From positions 3,584,001 to 3,648,000 of the forward strand of contig OZ242260.1 in NCBI GenBank assembly GCA_965207065.1: a stretch of DNA of 64,000 nt, in the 5' to 3' direction. Below are positions 29,788 to 41,344 of this stretch, piece by piece. The position numbers and the translations under genes were made by a program. The notes beneath the pieces were generated by a model. The model was not told where the DNA came from, searched no databases, and saw only the letters and a list, made by a program, of their open reading frames with translations. Every line of letters begins with the position of its first letter. Position 1 is the stretch's first letter. The stretch is from a bacterium. Lineage in GTDB: Bacteria > UBA8248.

Positions 29788-30430
29788 AGCCTTGCTCCCT
29801 TAGTTTCTCCATCGTGACGCCGCCTTGTATCCTCGATTCCGCGTGGGGAGTGAGCAACTTTTCCACGTATTTTCCGATCAAATCCGCCTCCAAGTTTACG
29901 ACAGCGCCGTCTATCTTCTCCGTAAGAGTCGTCTGTTCGCTCGTATGCGGGATGATGGAAACCGAAAAAGTTTCGTCGTCGCACGCCGCTACCGTCAAGC
30001 TGATTCCATCGACCGCAATAGAACCTTTATAAACGACATAGCGCATCACCTCCACCGGCGCCTCGAATGTGAGCCAAATCGAGTCACCTTCAGATTTTCT
30101 GCCCAAGATCCTGCCCACGCCATCCACATGGCCGCTCACGAGGTGCCCGCCCAAGCGTTCTCCCAGCGCCATGGCGCGCTCAAGATTGCAGCGGTCGCCG
30201 ACGGCCAGTTCCCCTAAATTCGTGCGCCTGAGCGTCTCGACGGATAAATCGGCCTCGAATTTTCTTTCGTCAAAATCAACCACCGTGATACAAACGCCAT
30301 TGAGGGCGATGGAATCTCCAAGCTGCACGCCATCCAATACACCTGGCGCCTCGATAGCGATTCGCGCGCCTTTGGCATCTTTATTCAGTGTACGAATTGA
30401 ACCCACTGTTTCTATAATTCCGCTGAACAC
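29780..30430 (-). CDS. ribE: Riboflavin synthase (alpha chain)
   Basis: (M)FSGII, GDSIALNGVCITV, NLERAM, GGHLVSGHVDG, KGSIAVDGISLTV. Confidence 0.96.
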   Translation of the reverse strand: MFSGIIETVGSIRTLNKDAKGARIAIEAPGVLDGVQLGDSIALNGVCITVVDFDERKFEADLSVETLRRTNLGELAVGDRCNLERAMALGERLGGHLVSGHVDGVGRILGRKSEGDSIWLTFEAPVEVMRYVVYKGSIAVDGISLTVAACDDETFSVSIIPHTSEQTTLTEKIDGAVVNLEADLIGKYVEKLLTPHAESRIQGGVTMEKLREQGYA

Positions 30431-30434
30431 CTTT

Positions 30435-31580
30435 TCAATCCTCAATATCTTGCCAGATCGGTTTATTGAAATATCCTTGAATCAACAAATCATCGCCAAC
30501 AACTTCATGTGTTACATTAAATAGCCTCGGTAAAGATTGCAATTCCTTTTCATCAAGGCCTGTGACCGCGCCCGGCGCTTCGTGATCTCCAATCACCAGG
30601 GGAGCCAGGAAATAAAGGAGCCGATCCGCCAAACCTTCCCTGATGAAGGAACCGTGAACCCGCCCCCCGCCTTCCACGAGAATATGACGAATGCCGCGGC
30701 TTCCCAATTCCTCCACCAAAGGAGCCAGCGAAACCCGGTCCTGCGGGTTTGTTTCTACGCGGATGATTTCCGCGCCCGCTTCGCGCAATGCCTCTTCCTT
30801 GTCAAGTGGAGCGGCGGCCGTGGTCGCAATGAGAGTGGAACTCCCCTTCCGAGGCGCCAGAACCCTGGCGTGAGCGGGCGTCCTGAGCCTTGAATCCAGT
30901 ACAACCCTCAGCAACGGCTTGTCCTCAACTCCATCGGGCCGGGCCGTGAGCAAGGGATCGTCTTCCAGCACCGTCTCCACACCCGCCAGGATAGCGTCTA
31001 CTCTATTCCTCAAATGATGACCCGCGTTTCGCGCCGCCTCGCCCGTTATCCACCTGCTCTGCCCGCTTCGGGTAGCAATTTTTCCGTCCAGGCTCGCGGC
31101 GGCCTTGAGGGTAAGAAAAGGCCGGCCACATCGCCACCAGTGAAAATAGGTTTCATTCTGGCGCACCGCCTCAGCGGCCATTGTCCCGACTTCCACCCGG
31201 ACGCCTTGCGCACGTAAGTGTTCGAATCCTTTGCCGGAAACTTGCGGATTCGGGTCCGAGACGGCGGCGACGACGTGAGAAACACCCGCGGCCGCCACGA
31301 AAGGCGCACAAGGGGGGGTTCTGCCCTGGTGAGAACACGGTTCCAGTGTGACAATCAAGACGCCGCCTCGCGAACACTCTCCCGCTTCCTGAAGAGCCAG
31401 AACTTCCGCGTGCGGCTCCCCCGCCTTTTTATGCCAGCCCCGGCCCACTATCTCTCCGCGAGCATCGAGAACGACAGCGCCGACGAGCGGGTTGGGGCTC
31501 GTCCGCCCCTCCGCGTGCGCCGCGAGAGAGAGGGCTTCGGCCATCAATTCGTTTTTTCGCTCTTCGGAAAGTCGCACCAT
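30435..31580 (-). CDS. ribD: Bifunctional pyrimidine deaminase/reductase RibD
   Basis: TSPNPLVG, HAE, TLEPCSHQGRTPPC, SLDGKIA, SRWITG, VEGG. Confidence 0.96.
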   Translation of the reverse strand: MVRLSEERKNELMAEALSLAAHAEGRTSPNPLVGAVVLDARGEIVGRGWHKKAGEPHAEVLALQEAGECSRGGVLIVTLEPCSHQGRTPPCAPFVAAAGVSHVVAAVSDPNPQVSGKGFEHLRAQGVRVEVGTMAAEAVRQNETYFHWWRCGRPFLTLKAAASLDGKIATRSGQSRWITGEAARNAGHHLRNRVDAILAGVETVLEDDPLLTARPDGVEDKPLLRVVLDSRLRTPAHARVLAPRKGSSTLIATTAAAPLDKEEALREAGAEIIRVETNPQDRVSLAPLVEELGSRGIRHILVEGGGRVHGSFIREGLADRLLYFLAPLVIGDHEAPGAVTGLDEKELQSLPRLFNVTHEVVGDDLLIQGYFNKPIWQDIED

Positions 31581-31596
31581 CAACGAGAAATTCCGC

Positions 31597-34245
31597 TCAA
31601 TGGATTTCGACCGTCTGGTATGAACCGTGTGTGATAGCGGCCTGGGCGGCGGCGAGCCTCGCAATCGGCGCCCGATAAGGCGCGCAGGAGACGTAATCCA
31701 TTTTCACCATGTGACAAAATTCAACCGACGTCGGCTCCCCGCCATGCTCCCCGCAAATGCCCACTTCGAGGTTCTCCCGTCTCGCACGGCCGCGTTCGAT
31801 GCCGATTTGAACCATCTCGCCCACACCCTCGCGATCGACGGCCACGAAGGGATCCCTGGGAATCAATTCCTTTTCGATGTATTTGGGCAGGAACCAGCCT
31901 GCGTCGTCGCGGCTCAAACCATAGGTCAACTGCGTGAGATCGTTCGTGCCGAAGCTGAAGAACTCCGCGCTGTCGGCAATCTCTCCCGCCAGGAGGCAAG
32001 CCCTGGGTATTTCGATCATCGTGCCTGTGAGATACCGGGGAGTGACGCCTTTCTCCTCGATCACCTTCCCGGCGATGTCGTGCACGATGTCGCGGTTGAA
32101 CTCCCATTCCCCTATGCCCGAGGTAAGAGGAATCATGATTTCAGGCAGCACGTCCAAGCCCCGCGATTTCATCTCACAGGCCGCCTCGATGATGGCGCGC
32201 ACCTGCATTTCGGCGATTTCCGGATAGGTCACAACAAGGCGGCAGCCACGGTGGCCGAGCATCGGGTTCTGCTCTTCGGTCGCTTCGGTGGCGTTGCGAA
32301 CCGCATCGAGGCCCACGCCCAACAACCTGGCCACGTGCTTCATGTCTTCTTCCGTTTTGGGTAAAAATTCATGAAGCGGCGGATCCAGCAGCCTGATAGT
32401 GACCGGTCTTTCTTTCATCACTTCGAAAATGCCGATGAAATCCTCGCGCTGCATGGGAAGGAGATGATCGAGCGCTTCCCGTCTCCCCTCCTCCGTTGCA
32501 GCCAGGATCATCGCGCGCACGTAGTCGATGCGCTCCCCTTCGAAGAACATGTGCTCCGTGCGGCACAGGCCGATACCCTCGCAGCCGAACTTGATGGCCG
32601 CCTCGCTATCCGTCACCGTATCGGCGTTGGCGCGTACGCCCAGCGTCCTGATCTCGTCCGCCCATTCCATCAATGTGGCGAAATCCCCCGAAAGCTCGGG
32701 CTGCTTGAGTTTCGCCTCGCCCAGAATCACCTCACCGGAAGTCCCGTTGAGTGAAATAAAATCGCCCTCCGATACCGTTTCGCCGTTTACGTGAATCACC
32801 TTCTCATCCGCCCTCACGTTCAAGGCGCTGCAGCCCGTGACGCAACACTTCCCCATCTGTCTCGCGACGACGGCCGCGTGTGAGGTGAGCCCGCCCCTCG
32901 CAGTGAGGATTCCCTGCGAAACGTTCATCCCGTTAATGTCTTCGGGGCTCGTTTCCTGACGCACGAGTATCACAGGCTCCCCCGCTTCGGCCCGCTCGAC
33001 CGCATCCGCCGCGGTGAAGACCACCCTGCCCACCGCGGCGCCCGGCGACGCGGCCAGACCCGTGGCCACTACTTCCAAGTCTCCCTCCGCGTCGATCATC
33101 GGATGCAGCAGTTGATCCAGGCTGTCGGGTTCCACCTTTTGCAGGGCGGCCCGCCTGTCAATGACGCCTTCCCTCACCAACTGTATGGCGATTTGCACGG
33201 CCGCTGCCGCCGTGCGCTTGCCGTTTCTCGTCTGAAGCATGAACAGGCGTCTGTTCTGAATGGTGAATTCCATGTCCTGCATATCTTTGTAATGGGCTTC
33301 GAGCTTTTCTGTAATGCTTTCAAATTCAGCGTAACACTCGGGCATTTTCTTTTTGAGGCTTTCGATGGGCTCGGGCGTTCTGATGCCCGCCACCACGTCT
33401 TCGCCCTGGGCGTTGAAGAGAATCTCCCCGTAGAGGGCATCTTCGCCGGTCGCGGGGTTTCGCGAGAAAGCAACACCGGTGCCGCAATCCTCACCCATGT
33501 TGCCGTAGACCATGCATTGCACGTTCACGGCAGTGCCCCAGTCATGGGGAATGTTGTACAGCCTGCGGTAGGTGAAAGCGCGGTCGTTGTTCCAGGAATT
33601 GAACACCGCCTCGATGGCCAGCCGGAGTTGCTCATAAGGGTCCTGGGGGAAACTCGAACCCGTTTTCTCTTTCACGAGAGCGGCGTATTCATCCACCAGT
33701 TCGACAAGGTCGTCCGCCGTGAGATCCAGGTCGGACGCGACGCCCTTGCGCTGTTTCATGGACTCGATCTTCGATTCGAAATCGTGGTGCTCCATTTCGA
33801 GAACCACGTTGCCGAACATGTTGATGAACCTGCGATAGCTGTCGTATGCGAATCGGCGGTTGCCCGATTTTTTCTCCAGGGCGGCGACAGTCTTGTCGTT
33901 CATGCCAAGATTCAGGACGGTATCCATCATGCCCGGCATCGAATCGCGCGCGCCCGAGCGCACACTCACCAAAAGCGGATTTTCATCGCCGCCGAATTGC
34001 GCTCCCATCGCGTCTTCCAGACGCGCCATCTGTTCCTTCACGTTCTCCCAGAGGCCCTCGGGAGACTTGTTCTGTTCCAGATAATCGACGCAAACCTGCG
34101 TGGTGATGGTGAAGCCCGGGGGCACCGGTATGTCCAGACTCGCCATCTCCGCCAGATTCGCGCCTTTACCACCCAGCAGGTTGCGCATGTCGGCGCTGCC
34201 GTCAGTCCGTCCGGCGCCAAAGGAATAAATCATCTTCTCCGTCAT
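31597..34245 (-). CDS. ppdK: Pyruvate, phosphate dikinase
   Basis: LLGGKGANL, SVRSGARDSMPGMMDT, GGLTSHAAVVAR, GIGLCRTEHMF, FSFGTNDLTQ, GICGEHGG. Confidence 0.98.
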   Translation of the reverse strand: MTEKMIYSFGAGRTDGSADMRNLLGGKGANLAEMASLDIPVPPGFTITTQVCVDYLEQNKSPEGLWENVKEQMARLEDAMGAQFGGDENPLLVSVRSGARDSMPGMMDTVLNLGMNDKTVAALEKKSGNRRFAYDSYRRFINMFGNVVLEMEHHDFESKIESMKQRKGVASDLDLTADDLVELVDEYAALVKEKTGSSFPQDPYEQLRLAIEAVFNSWNNDRAFTYRRLYNIPHDWGTAVNVQCMVYGNMGEDCGTGVAFSRNPATGEDALYGEILFNAQGEDVVAGIRTPEPIESLKKKMPECYAEFESITEKLEAHYKDMQDMEFTIQNRRLFMLQTRNGKRTAAAAVQIAIQLVREGVIDRRAALQKVEPDSLDQLLHPMIDAEGDLEVVATGLAASPGAAVGRVVFTAADAVERAEAGEPVILVRQETSPEDINGMNVSQGILTARGGLTSHAAVVARQMGKCCVTGCSALNVRADEKVIHVNGETVSEGDFISLNGTSGEVILGEAKLKQPELSGDFATLMEWADEIRTLGVRANADTVTDSEAAIKFGCEGIGLCRTEHMFFEGERIDYVRAMILAATEEGRREALDHLLPMQREDFIGIFEVMKERPVTIRLLDPPLHEFLPKTEEDMKHVARLLGVGLDAVRNATEATEEQNPMLGHRGCRLVVTYPEIAEMQVRAIIEAACEMKSRGLDVLPEIMIPLTSGIGEWEFNRDIVHDIAGKVIEEKGVTPRYLTGTMIEIPRACLLAGEIADSAEFFSFGTNDLTQLTYGLSRDDAGWFLPKYIEKELIPRDPFVAVDREGVGEMVQIGIERGRARRENLEVGICGEHGGEPTSVEFCHMVKMDYVSCAPYRAPIARLAAAQAAITHGSYQTVEIH

Positions 34246-34307
34246 CACCTGCATCCTCCCGCGCCTCCCGCGCGTCTGAACAAAGCGATGGGCGGCTGAA
34301 AAAGCTA

Positions 34308-36509
34308 CTATCGTTTCGTCGCCCTAAGTTGAATTTTCGTGAAATCCGCGTTCGCCGAAAACAGCGCGCCCACGCCGGCCATCAGCGCAAGGCGATTTTT
34401 TCGCAAGGCGGCGTCCTCGGCCATCACCATCACATCGTCGAAAAAATCATCCACCACCGGGCGGATTTCCGCAATGGAAGTGTTCGCCGATACATAGGCC
34501 TCCTCCAGAGAGGCGGCGTCTCCCGCCCGGACGTTCGCCAATCCATTTTTCACCGCCTCCGAAACCACGCACAGGGATGCGCTCAACCTCTTTTCGGCTT
34601 CATCTACCAGTAGTTGTGGGTCCGGCTTAGCCGCCAAATCATTTTCCCCGCCCTCGTTCGCCTGACGGATGATGTTGCTCACCCGCTTGAATGTCGTCGT
34701 GAGCGGCTCGAAAGTTTCTTCGCTCGACGCCAATCGCTCCAGCGCGCGGAGACGCGCCCGCGCATCTATCACATCGCGCCAGCCCGAGTCGTCTCCGGCC
34801 GAGAGCACTGCCTCCACCAGGTCGCCCCGCGCGCCGCCGCGCGAGAGATAGGCGGACACCCGGTTGCGCAGAAAACCCAGAATTCTTTTTGACGCCTCGG
34901 CGCCGCCGCCTTTGAACTTATCTTCAAGAGGTTCACTCGCGACCCCCACCCATTCGGGCAAGGATATCCTGAAACCCTGATCCTCCAGAATAAGTAGTAT
35001 CGCATTCGCCGCGCGTCTGAGCGCATACGGGTCCTCCGAGCCGCTGGGCAGGTAACCGAGACCCACCATACCGACAATGGTGTCCATGCGGTCGGCGAGC
35101 CCCACGATGGCGCCCGCACGGCCTTCCGGCAGGTCGTCTCCCTCGCCCCTGGGGAGATAATGCTCATATATGGCGCGGGACACCGCTTCGGCCCTGTTCT
35201 CACGCTCGGCATAGCGCCTGCCCATGACGCCCTGAAGTTCAGGGAACTCATAGACCATGCCGCTGGTCAAATCCGCTTTGCACAGAGATGCCGCCTCGTC
35301 CACGGTTTTCACCAACGCGGCGTCAGCCGGCGCGAGCTTCTCGCACAGCCACGCGCTCAGTCGCCTGAAGCGCTCCACCTTGTCCCAACTCGTGCCCAGC
35401 TTCGGGTGATAGACTACGCCCTTCAACCCTTCCGCCATATCGACGAGTGGCGTTTCGAGGTCCTGGCGCCAATAGAAATCCGCGTCTTCCAACCTGGCGC
35501 GCACGACGCGCTCGTAGCCTTTTTGCACGACACTCATATCCTTCGCTCGCGTGTTGCTCACGCCGATAAAGGATGGAATGAGCCGTTCTCCTCCCTTTTC
35601 CTTGAGCGCAAAGCACCTCTGGTGCACCTCCAGGGTGGAGATGATTACCTCGCCCGGCAGATCCAAGAACTTCTCATCAAACCCGCATGCCACAGGAAAC
35701 GGCCACTCCACCAGATGCGCCACCTTCTCGATCAAGCGTTCTACTGCATCTGCATCCGCTGCGGGTTCGCCGCCTTGGGAATCGGCTACATCAAGAACGC
35801 TTGTGCGCACCATGGGAATGCGCCCACCCCTGTTCCCGTCATCGACGATAGGTTCTACGCCATTATTATTCAATACTTGAATATATTCTTGAAAACTATT
35901 GATGTTTAATATTTTATTACTATGAAATCTATGGCCGTACGTGACCGAACCAAAGGGAGGAATCGATGCATCCTCACCAGATACGGGGCCTTCGACGCAT
36001 TCCTCGCCATAAAGGGCCAACACCCATTGCACGGGCCGCACAAAGGAAAATTTGCCCGCTCCCCAACGCATGGATTTAGGAGACGGCAACTCCTGGATCA
36101 GCTTCGTCAGCAAAGGCCCCAAAACGGCTTCGGTCTTCTCGCCGGCATCTTCTCTGAAATACATCAGGCGCGCACCCTTGGGCGTATCCATCTTCTTGAG
36201 TTCAGATACTTCGGCCCCGTTCGTCCTGGCGAAGCCGAGAGCCGCCTTTGTCGGATTCCCGTCTTCATCGAATGCGTTTTTCACGGGGGGACCCAGGATT
36301 TCCTCTTGAAGCGGCTTCTGGCGCTCGGCCAAATCGGCCACATGCAAGACGAGACGCCTGGGCGTTCCGAACGTCTCCAGACCCTCATTATCCAGGCGCT
36401 TTTCGCCAAAAGCCGTTTCCGCCCGGTCTTTCAGCGCGGCGATCATCCCCTGCAGATAGGTAGAGGGGATCTCTTCGGTTCCGATTTCAAAAATCAATTC
36501 TTTGCCCAA
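34308..36509 (-). CDS. glyS: Glycine--tRNA ligase beta subunit
   Basis: FEIGTEEIP, TPRRL, SMRWG, KADLTSGMVYEFPELQG, GSEDPYALRR, FFDDVMVM. Confidence 0.96.
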   Translation of the reverse strand: MGKELIFEIGTEEIPSTYLQGMIAALKDRAETAFGEKRLDNEGLETFGTPRRLVLHVADLAERQKPLQEEILGPPVKNAFDEDGNPTKAALGFARTNGAEVSELKKMDTPKGARLMYFREDAGEKTEAVLGPLLTKLIQELPSPKSMRWGAGKFSFVRPVQWVLALYGEECVEGPVSGEDASIPPFGSVTYGHRFHSNKILNINSFQEYIQVLNNNGVEPIVDDGNRGGRIPMVRTSVLDVADSQGGEPAADADAVERLIEKVAHLVEWPFPVACGFDEKFLDLPGEVIISTLEVHQRCFALKEKGGERLIPSFIGVSNTRAKDMSVVQKGYERVVRARLEDADFYWRQDLETPLVDMAEGLKGVVYHPKLGTSWDKVERFRRLSAWLCEKLAPADAALVKTVDEAASLCKADLTSGMVYEFPELQGVMGRRYAERENRAEAVSRAIYEHYLPRGEGDDLPEGRAGAIVGLADRMDTIVGMVGLGYLPSGSEDPYALRRAANAILLILEDQGFRISLPEWVGVASEPLEDKFKGGGAEASKRILGFLRNRVSAYLSRGGARGDLVEAVLSAGDDSGWRDVIDARARLRALERLASSEETFEPLTTTFKRVSNIIRQANEGGENDLAAKPDPQLLVDEAEKRLSASLCVVSEAVKNGLANVRAGDAASLEEAYVSANTSIAEIRPVVDDFFDDVMVMAEDAALRKNRLALMAGVGALFSANADFTKIQLRATKR

Positions 36510-36521
36510 GCCGAAACTCCC

Positions 36522-37495
<974 letters not shown>

Positions 37496-37499
<4 letters not shown>

Positions 37500-38704
37500 C
37501 CAACAAACTCCTTATGCAACACGCGCACCGAATTCTCGGAGTCCGCCTGGCGAACCACGACGGATATGGAAATCTCGGAAGTCGAGATCATCATGATGTT
37601 GATGCGGCTTCTCGCCAAAGCGGAGAAAACGCGCGCCGCCACGCCGGCCTGGCTCTTCATGCCCACGCCCACGACGGAGACTTTGGAGATATCGTCATCG
37701 CGGGAGATGGTGGCGCCGCCGAAGGTTTCATTCGATTCCACCATGATTTGCTCCGCTTGCCCGGCCATGTCGCTGTTCACCGTGATGGAAATATCGGTCA
37801 AACCGTTCTCGCTGACATTCTGAACGATCATATCCACCATGATGGATTTCTCGGCCAACTGGCCAAACAAAGAGGCGGCGATTCCGGGCCTGTCGGGCAC
37901 GGCGCTGATCGTGAGCTTCGACTGTTTCGAGTCGCAACTCACGCCGCGAACGGCGGGGGACTCGATGCCCGTCGACTCTGGAATGATCAATGTTCCCTCT
38001 CCTTCATCAAACGCGGAGCGGACGACGAGTGGAAGGTCATGCTTCGCCGCCAGATCCACAGAGCGCGCCTGCAGCACTTTCGTGCCCAGGGACGCGAGTT
38101 CCATCATCTCCTCGAAAGATATCTGCTCCATCCGCTTCGCGTCGTGGACAAGGCGCGGGTCGGCCGTGTACACCCCGTCCACATCGGTATAAATCTCACA
38201 GCGATCCGCTTCAAGCGCCGCAGCCAAAGCTACGGCAGTGAGGTCGGAACCTCCACGCCCCAGCGTCATCTCCTCATCGAACTCATCGACTCCCTGGAAG
38301 CCGGCAGCTACGACCACCTTTCCTTCTTCGAGTTCCTTGAGAATCCTCGCCGGGCGGATGGACCGCACGCGGGCGCGGGTATGGGCGCCCTCCGTCAGTA
38401 TGCCCGCCTGCCCGCCCGTCAGAGAAATGGCGGGAATTCCGGCCGCGTCGAGCGCTATGGCCAAAAGCGAACTCGCGATGCGCTCCCCGGAGGTGAGCAG
38501 TAAATCCATTTCCCGCCCTACCGGCTCGGGCGAGAGATCGTGTGCGAATCGAATGAGCTTATCGGTTTCGCCCGCCATCGCGCTCACCACGACGATAATT
38601 CGACCCCAGGAACTTCTCGCCGCCGACACCCGCTTTACCACGCTGCGGATCTTATCCAGATTCGCGACCGAGGTGCCACCGAATTTTTTTACGACAAGAC
38701 TCAT
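37496..38704 (-). CDS. lysC: Aspartate kinase
   Basis: [40 protein letters not shown] and two ACT domains. Confidence 0.96.
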
Positions 38705-38713
38705 TTTATCCCA

Positions 38714-39964
38714 TCATCCACTGAACAATCGTTTTTTCACCGTATCGAGTGAATAAACGCGCGCCGACCGCCCAAGTTCTTCGGAAAATCCTGCATTCGA
38801 ATTTTTTTGCATCCCCGAATCGCCACGAATCATCTCCCAAAGGGAAGCCAATCCGCCCGGACGCTTCGGCGGCGCGAGAGTCTCGCCATCGAAATCCGCC
38901 ATGGCGAACGGCACGGGGTCGGCAATCCATTCCTGGGATTCCACGCTGAATCCATGATCCCCCGCCACGAGAATACGGCAGGGCTCGCTCATGCCTTCCA
39001 ACAAGGGCGCCATCAACCCGGCGTCGAATTTTTCGATGGCTTCGATTTTCTCCTCCGGTTCGCGCCAGGGGGATATGTCGTCCGCATCCTCTATCAAGCA
39101 GACGAAATCATGTCGCGTAAGCGCCTCTCTCACCGTGGCGGATACCTTCTCCCCCGGCTCATATACATCCGCGCCCCCTAGTTTGGCAAAGCCTCTGGCA
39201 AGTTGTGAGTCGGTTATCAGCGCAGAATCCCTGCCTCCCGTTTTTTCCGACATCCGCACCGCCTCTTCGGTGAGGCCGCCGCCCCAAAGCCAAACGGAGT
39301 TCGCCGCGAACATGCGGGTTTGCGCCTTTTCCTGCAAACCCGCGTGGGTGGATAGCACCATCTGGGAATCGTTGACAAAATGAACGAAACGCCGCGCCGC
39401 CTCCGCCTCCGGCATATGCTCCCCGATGGACCTTCCGGTGATCGCATGCGGAGGCGCAAAGCCGTGAAAAGATTCCGGCGAGAGGCGCGCGCCTTCACGC
39501 TGATAAAAGAGAAGCGCCTCGCTTCCGCCCAGAGATTCGAACCGGAAAGATTCGCCCTCATCCGGCGGCATGTGCTGCTCCAGATAGGCGATGAGTTCGC
39601 GGTTCTCCTCGTCCGTGACACCGAAGCCCGTCGGGTCGAGCATGACGACGCTTGTGGCTCCGGGCTTCAGGCACACGAAGTTGAGGCGGAAGACCGCCTC
39701 TCCAGCTCCGGGGAGAAGGTCGGCGGCGGCGGCCAGCATCAAGCCGGAAGACAGAGAAGCGGAATAACTGAAAAACTGATTCAGAAATCCTTCCAGGGAG
39801 GGATACACGTCATCAGAGCCGGGAGCCCATACCCCGGAAAACCCCGCATCCGCCAGGCGATCCAGCGCGGGCGTACGCGCCCTTTGCAATGGCGTTTCAC
39901 CACCAAAGTCCGCCACGGGCCTGTCTGCAAGGCCGCGCATGAGAACCATCAGGATTTTCCGCAT
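38714..39964 (-). CDS. Cofactor-independent phosphoglycerate mutase (ApgM)-like protein with degenerate metal ligands
   Basis: GLADRP, TPLQRARTPALDRLA, FRLNFV, ANSVWLWGGG, KIEAIEKFD, GDH, DPVPF; lies between hom and lysC. Confidence 0.8.
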   Translation of the reverse strand: MRKILMVLMRGLADRPVADFGGETPLQRARTPALDRLADAGFSGVWAPGSDDVYPSLEGFLNQFFSYSASLSSGLMLAAAADLLPGAGEAVFRLNFVCLKPGATSVVMLDPTGFGVTDEENRELIAYLEQHMPPDEGESFRFESLGGSEALLFYQREGARLSPESFHGFAPPHAITGRSIGEHMPEAEAARRFVHFVNDSQMVLSTHAGLQEKAQTRMFAANSVWLWGGGLTEEAVRMSEKTGGRDSALITDSQLARGFAKLGGADVYEPGEKVSATVREALTRHDFVCLIEDADDISPWREPEEKIEAIEKFDAGLMAPLLEGMSEPCRILVAGDHGFSVESQEWIADPVPFAMADFDGETLAPPKRPGGLASLWEMIRGDSGMQKNSNAGFSEELGRSARVYSLDTVKKRLFSG

Positions 39965-39989
39965 CAGGGATGAACTCTTGTCTGCTCGC

Positions 39990-41318
39990 TCACATGAAAG
40001 CCATGCCGTCCGATTCCACGCGAACGAGCGCGTAAGTAGGCTGCACCACGTCGAGGCGGGAAATTTCCCCGAGCGCGTTTTGCATGTTCTCCTCCGTCGC
40101 CTTGTGGGTGAGCAACACCAGGCGGGCATAGCCGTCCTCGCCAGCGCGGCCCTTCTGGACGACGGTTTCGAGGCTGATGTCGTGTTCGCCGAAAACGCCG
40201 GAAATGCGGCTCAAAACCCCCGGCTTATCGAGAGCGGCAAATCGGACGTAGAAACGCGTCGTAATTTCCCGGGGCGCAAGGATGTCGAGGCGAGCGCGCT
40301 GGTCCGGCAAAAAAGCGGCGGCGGGAATCCGCGAGTCGCCTCCGTTTTTCAGCCATCTCGCCACCTCGATGATGTCACCAACGACGGCGGAAGCAGTCGC
40401 CTCCGAACCCGCGCCCTTGCCGATGAAAACCTGCGGCCCGGCATTCACCCCCGAGACGGCCACCGCGTTGTAGACCCCACCCACCTGCGAGAGGGGGTGG
40501 CTTTCGGGAAGCATCATCGGATGAACGCGGATGTCGAGTTTCCCCTCCCTCTCCTGCGCCATGGCGACGAGCTTGATCCGGTAGCCGAGTTCCTTGGCGA
40601 TATCGATGTCGACGGACGTGATGTGGCGTATCCCTTCGGTGTGATATTCCTCGACATCCACAGGTGTGCCATAGGCCAGGTTCGCAAGTATTGCTATCTT
40701 GTGCGACGCATCGACGCCGTCGATATCAAACGCCGGGTCGGCCTCCGCATAGCCGAGTTCCTGAGCGCTTTTCAGCGTTTCGCCGAAATCCGCGCCCATC
40801 TCCGTCATGCAGCTCAGAATGTAGTTACACGTTCCGTTCAGGATGCCGGCGAGCCTCTCGATTTTATCCGCCGCGAAAGCTTCTCGCAGGTTTCTGACTA
40901 TCGGAATGCCGCCTGCGACGGACGCCTCGAAACCCAGCGGGCAGCCCGCCTTTTCCGCTGCGGCGAATATCTCTTCCCCGTGAACGGCGAGCACCGCCTT
41001 GTTCGCGGTCACGACCGGCTTTTTTCTCTCGATCGCCCGCAGGATGTGGCGCCTCGCATCATCCGTGCCCCCGATAAGTTCCGCGATCACGTGCACCTCG
41101 GGCGCGTCGATGACGGCTTCGAAGTCCGTACCCATATTCTCGGGAGACACCCCGCGCGCCGCTTTTTTCTTGGTGAATACGCTGCGGTCCGCAATTCTGG
41201 AGACGCACACCTCAACACCCAGGCGTCTTTTGATCAATTCCCGCTGCTCATCGAGCAGATTCACCACGCCGCTTCCGACAGTACCCAAGCCCAGTATCCC
41301 GACGCAAATTTTCTTCAT
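39990..41318 (-). CDS. hom: Homoserine dehydrogenase (with ACT domain)
   Basis: GLGTVGSGV, VVTANKA, FEASVAGGIP, GILNGTCNYIL, YAEADP, DKPGVL. Confidence 0.97.
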   Translation of the reverse strand: MKKICVGILGLGTVGSGVVNLLDEQRELIKRRLGVEVCVSRIADRSVFTKKKAARGVSPENMGTDFEAVIDAPEVHVIAELIGGTDDARRHILRAIERKKPVVTANKAVLAVHGEEIFAAAEKAGCPLGFEASVAGGIPIVRNLREAFAADKIERLAGILNGTCNYILSCMTEMGADFGETLKSAQELGYAEADPAFDIDGVDASHKIAILANLAYGTPVDVEEYHTEGIRHITSVDIDIAKELGYRIKLVAMAQEREGKLDIRVHPMMLPESHPLSQVGGVYNAVAVSGVNAGPQVFIGKGAGSEATASAVVGDIIEVARWLKNGGDSRIPAAAFLPDQRARLDILAPREITTRFYVRFAALDKPGVLSRISGVFGEHDISLETVVQKGRAGEDGYARLVLLTHKATEENMQNALGEISRLDVVQPTYALVRVESDGMAFM

Positions 41319-41344
41319 ATCTCTATGGCCCGAACAATGACGAA

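Noticed and set aside
31581-31596. FMN riboswitch upstream of ribD
   Set aside because: Only 16 bp separate ppdK and ribD, and no FMN aptamer motifs are visible
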